The position numbers and the translations under genes are program-made. A stretch of DNA of 63,544 nucleotides, counting the filler, from Nitrospinota bacterium (GTDB lineage Bacteria; JAUXIQ01), in NCBI GenBank assembly GCA_030620925.1. It is 8 parts of 8 records of this genome, joined end to end, with 100 filler letters (N's around TTAATTAATTAA, not from the genome) between each part and the next. Parts side by side here need not be neighbours in the genome. Positions count along the whole stretch, not along the records: positions 38,392 to 41,392 come from JAUXIQ010000374.1; positions 41,493 to 45,267 come from JAUXIQ010000284.1; positions 45,368 to 48,354 come from JAUXIQ010000377.1; 5 more parts are not named here. One strand, 5' to 3'. The notes beneath the pieces were generated by a model that was not told the DNA's origin, made no database searches, and saw nothing but the letters and a program-made list of their open reading frames with translations. Shown here in pieces: positions 38,392 to 47,229 of the stretch; position 1 is the first letter of the stretch, and each line of letters starts with the position of its first letter.

Positions 38392-39812
38392 CCCATCATG
38401 GATGAGCTCACGTCGCGCAGGATGGCCAGCTCGCCTCCGCTCTGTTTCTTATCCCTTTTGTAGACCCTGGGCAGGCTGGGCGTCGCGTCCTCGCTCCACA
38501 GGGAGCTTTCCACGGGGTCGGTGTCCAGGATGTCATCGAGGTCCTTCATGTGCTGCCAGGATCTCGGCTGGCCTCCCCTATGAGGGATCTGGTCGGCTAT
38601 GCTCTTTTCAACCTTTCCCTTGATGACCTTGAGCAGCAGGTCTATGTTTTCTATGGTCTCTTTATGGAGGTATTGCTCTTCTTCATCGCCCGGATCGCCG
38701 AATTCCTTGCGCTGAAGGGCGGACATGTTCTTGTCCAGGGCCTCTTTCTGCTCGCCTTCCTGGGCGGCCTGATCCATGGGTTCCCCTTGTTCTTCCCCCT
38801 CTTCCTCAGAACCCATCTCTTCGGCCTGGTCCGCCTCTTCGTCGGAGTCAGGCTCCTCCTCCATCGCTATTTTTTTTTTGTCGATTATCTCCTCGGTAAT
38901 CTCTTCTATCTGTTCGTGCACGTCCGGCGGCACCCGGAAGGTGGTTATATATTTCATCACCTTCAGGTCTTCCAGGATCGCTTTGGAGCGGCCGGAAAGG
39001 ATGGCTTTGGACTTAATGATCTTGATGCCCTTAACCAGGAACGTCCGGTCTGTGAGAAGGGAGTTGGTGTCGTCCAGCTTATAATCGTTGATGAGGGTGG
39101 ATAGAAGCTCCAGCAGCGCCTCTTTGACCTCTTTGGGGACTTCAACCGCGGACATGAGCTTGAAGGCCCTTTCGAAAACGTTCCTGTCCACGCTGGGGAC
39201 TATCTGGCTATAGTCGGTGGTGGCATCGGCGTAGAGGTCTACTACTTTCTTTGCGGCCTCCCACATGTTCTGCTGGATGAGGCCCACGGTCTTATATTGG
39301 ATGGTGAAGCGGTCCAGGTTTGCGGGGTCCAGCGGTTCGTTATAGTATTCGTCCTTTGTGGGGTTGCTGGTAGCGATGGCGGTGAGAAGAGGTATCTTTT
39401 CCCCGCCGTACTTCCGTTCGTTCAGGATGCGAAGAAGGATGTTGAGCGCTTCGCCGGGCGCCCTGGAAACGTCGTCCAGGACGCAAATTTCCGCGGTGAG
39501 TATTCCTCCCTTCCTTATGCTCTGCTTGATAAGCTCGCCTTCGGTGCTTTTTTCCCTGGCGATTATGATATCGCCCACCAGCTCGGCCAGGCGGGTATCC
39601 CTGTGGAGTTGGTAGAAGTAGAAGTGGAGGTCGGCGGTATCGGCGGCGATTTCGGCGAGCATGGTTTTGGCGGTTCCAGGCGGACCTTCCAGGTAGATGT
39701 GCTCCCTGGAGACGATGCCCAGAAGGATGGCCTCCTTCATGTCATCATGGCCCACGACATATTTGTCCATCTCGCTTATAATGTTTGCCATACCTTTGTT
39801 TACGTCTTTCAA
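38392..39812 (-). CDS. MoxR/RavA-like AAA+ ATPase fused through an acidic linker to a VWA domain, 3'-truncated (TTG start; ATG 39791 is an alternative)
   Basis: EGPPGTAKT, VLDDVSRA..LNILLRILNER, ATSN, LDRF; E/D-rich linker; LAILRDVSSSM (MIDAS DxSxS) at contig end. Confidence 0.85.
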
Positions 39813-40200
39813 AACCCGCTCCCGCTAATTTCAATTTTAAAGGGTTATTGTTCGTCTGGATGCAGGGTATGCATCGAGCGGTCGACAAAATTCACTTAAA
39901 CTTATTTTAACACCCGTTTGTTTACAGTCAAGGTGGATAACCACCACCCACTCCTCATTACCTTAATAATTTTCGGTATTCGCTCTGCATTTCATGCAAA
40001 GGTATGGATAGGGGGATACTTGATCTGAGGGGTGAATTTAAGAGCTTAACCAGGGAAAACAACACTGCAAATGGCTACCAGGCAATGGGGCAAATCGCAT
40101 CACGTCCCTTTTAGCCATCGGCTGATAAAACATCTAACCAATATGGATTTCCCGGTCCCCCATACCTTTTGCAGTGGTTACCTTAAACGAAAATAGTTTA

Positions 40201-40635
40201 TTATCCTCGAGACGGCAGAGCCGCCACCGCATGGCCTTGAACGGTTTTCTGGCCCTGCTGAGTTTCGCCCCATATATCCATCTCTACCAGATTGTCGCTG
40301 CCCTCCTGGTATTTTTTAGTAATCTGACCTTTGCAGGTGACGGTGTCGCCGGGGAAAGTCACGGCGGTGAAGCGCACGCCGAGCTTCTTCAGCGAACCTT
40401 TGGGCAGCCAATCGGTAAGGAACTGGCCCACGAAAGCCATGCTGAGCATACCATGGGCGATGGGTTGATCGAACCCTGCTTTTTTAGCGAAATCCTCTAC
40501 CGTGTGCAAGGGGTTGAAATCTCCTGAAGCTCCGGCATATTTGACCAACTGCACCCTGGTGACCGGCTCTTTAACCAGCTCGGGTATGCTGTCACCTTCG
40601 TTGACGTCCTCGAAACAGAGCTCTTGTTCCGCCAT
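40201..40635 (-). CDS. MaoC-type (hot-dog) enoyl-CoA hydratase/dehydratase
   Basis: YAGASGDFNPLH, IAHGM, VRF..FPGD. Confidence 0.93.
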   Translation of the reverse strand: MAEQELCFEDVNEGDSIPELVKEPVTRVQLVKYAGASGDFNPLHTVEDFAKKAGFDQPIAHGMLSMAFVGQFLTDWLPKGSLKKLGVRFTAVTFPGDTVTCKGQITKKYQEGSDNLVEMDIWGETQQGQKTVQGHAVAALPSRG

Positions 40636-40836
40636 TTCGCCGCCCTCTTAAGTGATTGATAATTAGTATTAAACTTAAACTTATTCTACTATAGTTACTA
40701 AATGCATTATAAGTTGTTCTCCCACTATGTCAAGCGTTTTTTCAGAACACAACTGGTGATACATTTAAGAGGGCCTCTGTTCTCCCCGGCACCGGTTTTG
40801 AGCCCGGTTTCATGAAAAGGTTTTGAATCTTTTACA

Positions 40837-41391
40837 TCATGTCAGGTGCTGGTGAAAATCCTCTATGAGCGGAGTCATTTCCCTGGTGGAAGAGCCCCAC
40901 TTTTGAGCTACGTTTTCCAGAGCTTCACTGAACCCGCCGGCCCAGCAGGCTTTCAGAAACTCCCCGGCATCCGGGTTCCTGAACCAGTCTTCGTTGAACT
41001 CTTCCAGCAGGCGGCGCCTGAGCCCTGCCTCAAGATTCCAGGCCGAAAGGTTCGTGGCGCCCTTGAACCAGGGGGGGATATCCATCAGGCGGCGTTCCTG
41101 CGGGTAGTCGACACCGGTGGCATGATGCATCGATTCTCTGAACAGGGAGCCTTCTCCGGCGGGAGTTCCTGAATGTATCTCCAGCTCGTAAATGAAACGC
41201 CCCGCCTGTGCACGCACCGAATATAGCTTCTCAAAGTATGCGGAGCGTATCAAGTCGGGTTCCATCTCGATGTCCAGGTGTCTTCTTAGCCAGAGGGGGT
41301 CCCTCAATAGTGAGCCGAACAGGAAGGCATGAGTCTGCGGTATGGCCGGTTCTCCCAGGCGGCGGCGGAAGGGCAGGTCGGGCTGGATATG
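40837..41391 (-). CDS. Hypothetical protein, C-terminal part, M3-peptidase-like; 5'-truncated
   Basis: Frame open to contig edge: PDLPFRRRLGEPAIPQTHAFLFGSLLRDPLWL...LEEFNEDWFRNPDAGEFLKACW. Confidence 0.5.
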   Translation of the reverse strand, partial: HIQPDLPFRRRLGEPAIPQTHAFLFGSLLRDPLWLRRHLDIEMEPDLIRSAYFEKLYSVRAQAGRFIYELEIHSGTPAGEGSLFRESMHHATGVDYPQERRLMDIPPWFKGATNLSAWNLEAGLRRRLLEEFNEDWFRNPDAGEFLKACWAGGFSEALENVAQKWGSSTREMTPLIEDFHQHLT

Positions 41392-41392
41392 A

Positions 41393-41492
41393 NNNNNNNN
41401 NNNNNNNNNNNNNNNNNNNNNNNNNNNNNNNNNNNNTTAATTAATTAANNNNNNNNNNNNNNNNNNNNNNNNNNNNNNNNNNNNNNNNNNNN
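41393..41492. other. Artificial contig linker
   Basis: N44-TTAATTAATTAA-N44. Confidence 0.99.
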
Positions 41493-42434
41493 GTTTGTGG
41501 TCAACGTTTTGAACCGCTCAGCCCGCTTTTTCTTGTCGGGATGGCAGAGGAGCTGGCAGTTGCCGCAGGTGAGGTAGAGTTTTTTCTTCATCAAGATGTG
41601 GTATGTGCCGCCGCCCATGTCCGGCCTTTTGTTATATGCCTTGATGCCTTTCCGCATCAAATCCAAAAACTCCTCGTCCTTCTCGGGGATTTCGTAGCGG
41701 CCCGGGGACCAGGTGGACCACTTCCCTTCCGGATGAAGCCCGCTCATGCCGCCGCATACGAATTCACAGCGCATATATTCGCGTCGCTTGGAGTAAGTGA
41801 AGGGTATATCGCCGATTACGATATCGGTCTTTTCTTCTTTGTCCATCATGCCCGACAGACAGGAGTTGAGGCAAAGGCCGCAGTTGTCACAGTAGTTCTC
41901 CTCCGGCGGTGTGGGCCCGGTGGGGGTCAGCTCCGCCGAAGTAACGCATGCGCCCAGTATGACCGCCGCACCCTCGTTTTTGGTTAATACGTTACCCGAC
42001 AGGCCGAAAAACGCCGCGCCTGAACGGGCCGCCAGGTAGCGAAGCGAGATATCGGGCATCATGGAATACTTACCGCGCTCCGCTTCTTCGCGGTAGACCT
42101 CGTTGACCTTGACCGCTTTCGATTTGAACCCGTGGTGTTCCAGAAAATTCTCAAGCGCGCATCCGATACCGGCGGCCTGAGTATTAACCCGGAAATTGTT
42201 ATCCTCGTGAGATCGCCTTTCCTCTTTCTTCAGATAGGGTTCTATCAGGGACTGATCCAGGGCCACCGCAAAGCTGATGGCCGACTTCGCTTCGGGCATG
42301 ACGTAGGTTATGTCCGCAGAAGGGGGACCGCCCTCGAGCGTCTGAAGCGTGGCGATTCCTACCGAAGACGCGCCCAGCAACTGGGCGAACTCCATTACCT
42401 TTTCCGCCATTGAATCGGGTGTCCATTCAACCAT
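41493..42434 (-). CDS. QueG/reductive dehalogenase-like cobalamin + 4Fe-4S protein, paralogue C (3'-truncated)
   Basis: SLRYLAARSG..FGLSGN, CVTSAEL, CDNCGLCLNSC, CEFVC, CGNCQLLC; GAGGAGG RBS. Confidence 0.8.
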
Positions 42435-42474
42435 AATCAACCTCCTCTTATATCCATCGATAACTAAATGCCAT

Positions 42475-43524
42475 CTACATGTAAAGGGCGCGAGTCTCTT
42501 CGTCCATGACGGCGATGTGCTCTTCGGCTTTTTCCGGGGAAACTCGCTCCAATGTACCGTCCGGATTCTGGATGATCACGCCGTTTGTGGTCAACTCCTT
42601 GAAGCGCTCCGCTCGTTCCTTCTTGTCGGGAACGCACAGGAATTGACAGTTGCCGCAAGTCGTGTACAACTTTTTGTGCATGAGGATGTTGTAGGCGCCC
42701 CCTTCCATTTCGGGTCTTTTGTAGTAAGCCCTGATGCTTTTACGCATCAAGTCGAGAAACTTCTCGTTCTCTTCGGGCATCTCGAATCGGCCGGGGGACC
42801 AGGTAGACCACTTGCCGTCAGGGTGGAGCCCGGAAGAGCCGCCGCAGACAAATCCGCAACGTAATATTTCACGGCGCTTGGAATAGGAGAAAGGTAAATC
42901 TCCCATGATGATGGTGGTCTTTTCTTCCTTATCCATCATGTTCGAGAGACAGGAGTTCATGCAGAGTCCGCAACTGTCGCAGTAGTTATCCTCCGGGGGT
43001 ACCGGTTCGGTAGGGATAAGTTCTGCTGAAGTGACGCAGCCGCATAAGATAATGCCGGCTCCGTTTTCTTTAGTCAAGATGTTGCCGGAGAGTCCGAAGC
43101 TGCCCACCCCTGAACGGGCCGCCAGATAGCGATGGGAGATGTACGGAAGCATGGAGTTTTTGCCTCGCTCTGCTTCTTCCCGGTAGTCCTCGTTGACCAG
43201 GAGCGCTTTCGATTTAAACCCGTTATGGTCCAGGTAATGTTCAAGCGCAACGGCGATACCCTGGGCCATCAGGTTGGCGCGCCTGTTGTCGGACTCCATG
43301 GGCATTCTATCCTGTTTCGACAGAAAAGGCACTACGGTGGACTGGTCAAGAGGAACAGCGAAGCTGATTGCTGACCTGGCTTCCGGCAGGACATAAGTCA
43401 AATCAGTTGAAGGGGGTCCCCCTTCCAGAGTCTCCAGAGTAGCTATCCCCACCGATGAAGCGCCCATTAATTCAACGAACTCTATAACCCTCCCTGACAA
43501 CGTATCAGGTGTCCATTCAGTCAT
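42475..43524 (-). CDS. QueG/reductive dehalogenase-like cobalamin + 4Fe-4S protein, paralogue B
   Basis: SHRYLAARSGVGSFGLSGN, CDSCGLCMNSC, CGFVC, CGNCQFLC. Confidence 0.8.
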   Translation of the reverse strand: MTEWTPDTLSGRVIEFVELMGASSVGIATLETLEGGPPSTDLTYVLPEARSAISFAVPLDQSTVVPFLSKQDRMPMESDNRRANLMAQGIAVALEHYLDHNGFKSKALLVNEDYREEAERGKNSMLPYISHRYLAARSGVGSFGLSGNILTKENGAGIILCGCVTSAELIPTEPVPPEDNYCDSCGLCMNSCLSNMMDKEEKTTIIMGDLPFSYSKRREILRCGFVCGGSSGLHPDGKWSTWSPGRFEMPEENEKFLDLMRKSIRAYYKRPEMEGGAYNILMHKKLYTTCGNCQFLCVPDKKERAERFKELTTNGVIIQNPDGTLERVSPEKAEEHIAVMDEETRALYM

Positions 43525-43565
43525 AATCAGCTTCCCCCTATATCGATTATTTATTGAATAGTTAT

Positions 43566-44627
43566 TTACATGTAAAGGGCGCGAGTCTCCTCATCCATGG
43601 CGGCGACATGCTCTTCTGCTTTTTCGGGGGTAACGCGTTCCAGAGAACCATCAGGATGTTGGATGATCACGCCATTAGTGGTTAGCATCTTGTAGCGCTC
43701 CGCACGCGTCTTCTTGTCGGGATGGCAGAGGAGCTGACAGTTGGCGCAGGTGGTGTAAAGCTTGCTGTTTATCAACACGTTGTAAGCACCACCACTCATT
43801 TCCGGCCTCTTGTAATAAGACTTGATGGTGCTTCGAATCAGAGGAATAAAGGCTTCATCTTCCTCGGGAAGCTCATAGCGTCCGGGAGACCAGGTCGACC
43901 ATTTTCCGTCGGGATGGAGACCACTCATACCGCCGCAGACAAATCCGCAGCGCATATATTCCCGGCGCTTGGAATAGGAAAAGGGAATATCCCCTATGAT
44001 GACGGTGGTCTTCTCCTCTTCGTCCATCATTCCCGAGAAGCAGGAGTTCAGGCAGAGGCCCCAATCGTCGCAGTAGTTCTCCTCCGGTGGTATGGGCTCG
44101 GTGGGTGTCAGTTCCGCCGAGGTGACGCAGGTGCCCAATATGACCGCCGCACCATCTTCATTAGTTAAAATGTTGCCCGAGAGACCGAAGAAGCCGGCTC
44201 CTGAACGGGCTGCAAGGTAACGATGGGAGATGTCGGGTATCATAGGATTCCTGCCCAGTTGTTCCTCACCAGAATCAGTATCACGGTAGACCAGGTTGGC
44301 CTTGATGGCTTCGGATTTGAATCCGCTGTACTCGAGATAGTTCTCAAGCGAAGAAGCGATGCCCGAAGATATCAGGTTGGCGCGACGGGCTTCGCTTTCC
44401 TGGGAGTCTCTGTCTTCCTTGGATAGATAAGGATCTATTACAGACTGAGCGATAGGCACTGTAAAGCTGACGGCGGACTTGGCCTCCGGCAAGACGTAGG
44501 TCAGGTCCGTGGAAGGAGGCCCCCCTTCCAGCGTTTGCAGGGTAGCGATCCCAGCGGTACGGGCGCCCATCAACAGAACGTAGTCCATGACTCTTTTCGC
44601 CAACGAATCGGGTGTCCATTCAACCAT
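43566..44627 (-). CDS. QueG/reductive dehalogenase-like cobalamin + 4Fe-4S protein, paralogue A (one FeS Cys replaced by Trp)
   Basis: SHRYLAARSGAGFFGLSGN, CDDWGLCLNSC, CGFVC, CANCQLLC; AAGGAGG RBS. Confidence 0.8.
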   Translation of the reverse strand: MVEWTPDSLAKRVMDYVLLMGARTAGIATLQTLEGGPPSTDLTYVLPEAKSAVSFTVPIAQSVIDPYLSKEDRDSQESEARRANLISSGIASSLENYLEYSGFKSEAIKANLVYRDTDSGEEQLGRNPMIPDISHRYLAARSGAGFFGLSGNILTNEDGAAVILGTCVTSAELTPTEPIPPEENYCDDWGLCLNSCFSGMMDEEEKTTVIIGDIPFSYSKRREYMRCGFVCGGMSGLHPDGKWSTWSPGRYELPEEDEAFIPLIRSTIKSYYKRPEMSGGAYNVLINSKLYTTCANCQLLCHPDKKTRAERYKMLTTNGVIIQHPDGSLERVTPEKAEEHVAAMDEETRALYM

Positions 44628-44659
44628 TCTTCTTTCCTCCTTAAACTTATATAGTGTCC

Positions 44660-45265
44660 TTATCTTACGGGCAGTTCGTTACCGTCCTGTTTCAGCATGA
44701 AGATTGCCCCTTCACGCATTCTCTCAGGAACGTACTGCTCCTGCTCTCTCTTAACGAGGCCCATCGATTCCGAGGGGCATTTATAGACGCAGACGCCGCA
44801 GCCCAGGCAGAGGGATTCGCTCTTCAGCGTGGATACATCGTCCACCATTTCCAGCGCGTCCGCCGGGCAGCGCTCCACGCAGAGCTCGCAGCCCGTGCAG
44901 GTCTCTTCATCTATCTCGACGAAGTAGTTGGACGACTGGAGCCCGCCCAGCTGGAGCACTTTCTGCGATTCGAAGAAGAGACAACAGCACGAACAGCAGT
45001 TGCAGATGGTATCCACCCCCATCATGGCGTTGGACATTCCGTGCACCAGCCCCTCATCTGCAGCCTCTTGCAGAATTTCCCTTGCCCGCTCGCGGGTGAT
45101 CTCCTCACCCATCCCCTGCTCTATCATGTACTGTGCGAGGCGGCCGAAGTGTAGACAGTTGCGTGTGGAATATTCGCAATCGTGGTGGTCATCATCCATG
45201 TTCTTGCGATGCCGGCAGGGGCACGTCGAGGTACAGAAAATCTCCTCCCCTTCTATGAACTTGAC
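44660..45265 (-). CDS. Cys-rich 4Fe-4S dicluster protein (CPCR / ICNCCSCCC family), 5'-truncated
   Basis: Frame open to contig edge; TCPCR, NCLHFG, GLVH, ICNCCSCCC, CTGCELCVERCP, CLGCGVCVYKCP. Confidence 0.88.
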   Translation of the reverse strand, partial: VKFIEGEEIFCTSTCPCRHRKNMDDDHHDCEYSTRNCLHFGRLAQYMIEQGMGEEITRERAREILQEAADEGLVHGMSNAMMGVDTICNCCSCCCLFFESQKVLQLGGLQSSNYFVEIDEETCTGCELCVERCPADALEMVDDVSTLKSESLCLGCGVCVYKCPSESMGLVKREQEQYVPERMREGAIFMLKQDGNELPVR

Positions 45266-45267
45266 CA

Positions 45268-45367
45268 NNNNNNNNNNNNNNNNNNNNNNNNNNNNNNNNN
45301 NNNNNNNNNNNTTAATTAATTAANNNNNNNNNNNNNNNNNNNNNNNNNNNNNNNNNNNNNNNNNNNN
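45268..45367. other. Artificial contig linker
   Basis: N44-TTAATTAATTAA-N44. Confidence 0.99.
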
Positions 45368-45592
45368 CCCTACAAAGACCTGAGGAACCTGGTCTTCTCT
45401 ACAGGTGCCAGGAGACATAATGAAATAGTCACATACTGCCAGACCGGTGTGCGGGCAGCCCACCTCTACTTCGTACTGATGCTTTTGAGATATGAGAACG
45501 TTAGGCTTTATGACGGTTCATGGCAGGAATGGGGCAGCACAGGTTCTACGCCCGCTGAAAAGAAAGTGGACCCTGACCACAAGACCTGTTGA
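45368..45592 (+). CDS. Sulfurtransferase (rhodanese) C-terminus, 5'-truncated; not in the ORF track
   Basis: Translates ...EIVTYCQTGVRAAHLYFVL..YENVRLYDGSWQEWG...*: catalytic Cys loop and rhodanese C-terminal signature. Confidence 0.9.
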   Translation, partial: PYKDLRNLVFSTGARRHNEIVTYCQTGVRAAHLYFVLMLLRYENVRLYDGSWQEWGSTGSTPAEKKVDPDHKTC

Positions 45593-45696
45593 GACAGTTT
45601 CTAAGTTGGTGAGCAAACGTTCTGCGATGCGAGATTCAGAATTGATAAAGTCAGCGGGAAAAGGATGGGATAAGCATTTTTTGGGTACTGGAGCCT

Positions 45697-46062
45697 CTAG
45701 TTATCCTCAGGCTGGGTGGCTTCACGGGCATAATTTTTCGCTTCCAGAACCTCTTCTACGGTCACGATGGATTCCAGAATACGATCGAAAATCGGGTTCA
45801 CCCTGTTATTCAGCCATCGGAACATCGATGACTTTTCTTTGAGACCGGTCTTAATAAACCGCAGGCAGCCATAGCAGTTTTCGTTGTGGACTCTATGATT
45901 GCGGCCATCAATTCGATAACACCATCCCAGGGTGATGATTCCCATTCTCAGGGGCTCGCGTACCAAGCGAAACCAGGGCGCCCGGCTGTAAGCGAGTTCC
46001 ACAAGATTGATGGTGCATGTGTTGCATACCGCATCGGAGTTCTGGTGTTCAGGTGATACCAT
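45697..46062 (-). CDS. Small hypothetical protein with two CxxC motifs
   Basis: AGGAG RBS before ATG 46062; VCNTC...WFRLVREPL...NCYGCLRFIK.GLKEKS..FRWLN. Confidence 0.6.
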   Translation of the reverse strand: MVSPEHQNSDAVCNTCTINLVELAYSRAPWFRLVREPLRMGIITLGWCYRIDGRNHRVHNENCYGCLRFIKTGLKEKSSMFRWLNNRVNPIFDRILESIVTVEEVLEAKNYAREATQPEDN

Positions 46063-46131
46063 ACTCATCTCCTGACTGCATATATAGTCATGGATAAACT
46101 CCGTCAGCAGTGAGAATTGCAAGGCTGGGTA

Positions 46132-47217
46132 TCATAAATCATCTATCGTGAATTTAGGGTCGCATGAAGGGGCGCGGCCGAAGACGTGGCGCCAAACGTC
46201 GGCGCTTTCCATGCACAGGTAGACGGGGACGCCCGGAGCGCGGCCTCTAATCCATGAAAGCAGGCTCCGGTAGATGGCTACGCGGATGGGCTTGAAATAG
46301 CGCAGCTTGCCGTCCTCGCAGGGAATCAGCTCACCCAGGGGGAGGTGGCTTTCGGGGAAGCGCTCCCGCATGATGGGTTTCAGGTCGGGGCTGAAGCGGA
46401 GTCCGCCCATGCTGATCCAGGAGATATTCTCGGGCTTTACGCGGGCGAAAAGCTCCTCCACAACCTCCAAGTAATCCTGCTCCCAGTTCCGGTAATTGAC
46501 TATGGGGTCGAAGTGGAAAGCCAGCCTATAGCCGGCTTCCTGGCAGAGGAGCGCCGCTTCAAGCCTTTCCCGCAGAGAGGCTGAATAGGCTTCGTCGCTG
46601 TCTATGATGGGCTGAGGGTTCAGGGACCAGGCAACCACCGTCTTTCCCCTGTGCTCCAGCCCCAGCAGGTTTGTAACCTCCGCCGTTTTGGTCTTCAGTT
46701 CCAGTGTAGCGTTCTCCTTCTCCGCAAAGAAGGGCACCAGCACTTGCGAGAGGCCGGTGATGGGGTCCAGGGCCAGGCTGTCTGTAAGCTCGCCGGTGCC
46801 GATGCGGAACGCCGCAGAACGGCCGGTGGGTGCGGCCTCGAGTCGGGCGTCTATTTTTTCCAGAAAATAATCTATGTTGGCGTAGAGGGTGAGGTAAGGG
46901 CTGTTGATATAGTGTTGAAGGATGCAGTAAGAGCAGTCCAGGGGGCAGCCCACGGCCAGGTTGACGATGAAATAGTTGCAGCAGAGGCGGCCCTGGGTCC
47001 CGGGGCAGGGTTTGAGCGGCTCACCTTTGTAATCTCTGATGTAGAGCCGTTTTTTGGAAGAAGCGATGTCTTCCGTCGTTATTTCGTAGGGAGACGTCCG
47101 GGCCTCATCTGTCTCGTATACCGGCAACTCCGGCAGACTTGAAAGGACGCGACGGGTGAGCTCCCTCTCCATTGCCGAGGGCTCGACGTATATTTCGCTT
47201 ATCTGGTATTTTTCCAT
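46132..47217 (-). CDS. Spore photoproduct lyase-like radical SAM protein
   Basis: GCPLDCSYC (CxxxCxxC), RIGTGELTDSL, LELKTK, WSLNP, HFDPI, GKLRYF, YLCME. Confidence 0.88.
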   Translation of the reverse strand: MEKYQISEIYVEPSAMERELTRRVLSSLPELPVYETDEARTSPYEITTEDIASSKKRLYIRDYKGEPLKPCPGTQGRLCCNYFIVNLAVGCPLDCSYCILQHYINSPYLTLYANIDYFLEKIDARLEAAPTGRSAAFRIGTGELTDSLALDPITGLSQVLVPFFAEKENATLELKTKTAEVTNLLGLEHRGKTVVAWSLNPQPIIDSDEAYSASLRERLEAALLCQEAGYRLAFHFDPIVNYRNWEQDYLEVVEELFARVKPENISWISMGGLRFSPDLKPIMRERFPESHLPLGELIPCEDGKLRYFKPIRVAIYRSLLSWIRGRAPGVPVYLCMESADVWRHVFGRAPSCDPKFTIDDL

Positions 47218-47229
47218 AACCGATCCAGG

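Noticed and set aside
41493-44627. Annotation as respiratory reductive dehalogenases or as queG
   Set aside because: No twin-arginine signal or RdhB anchor, and three copies argue against housekeeping QueG; no gene symbol assigned.
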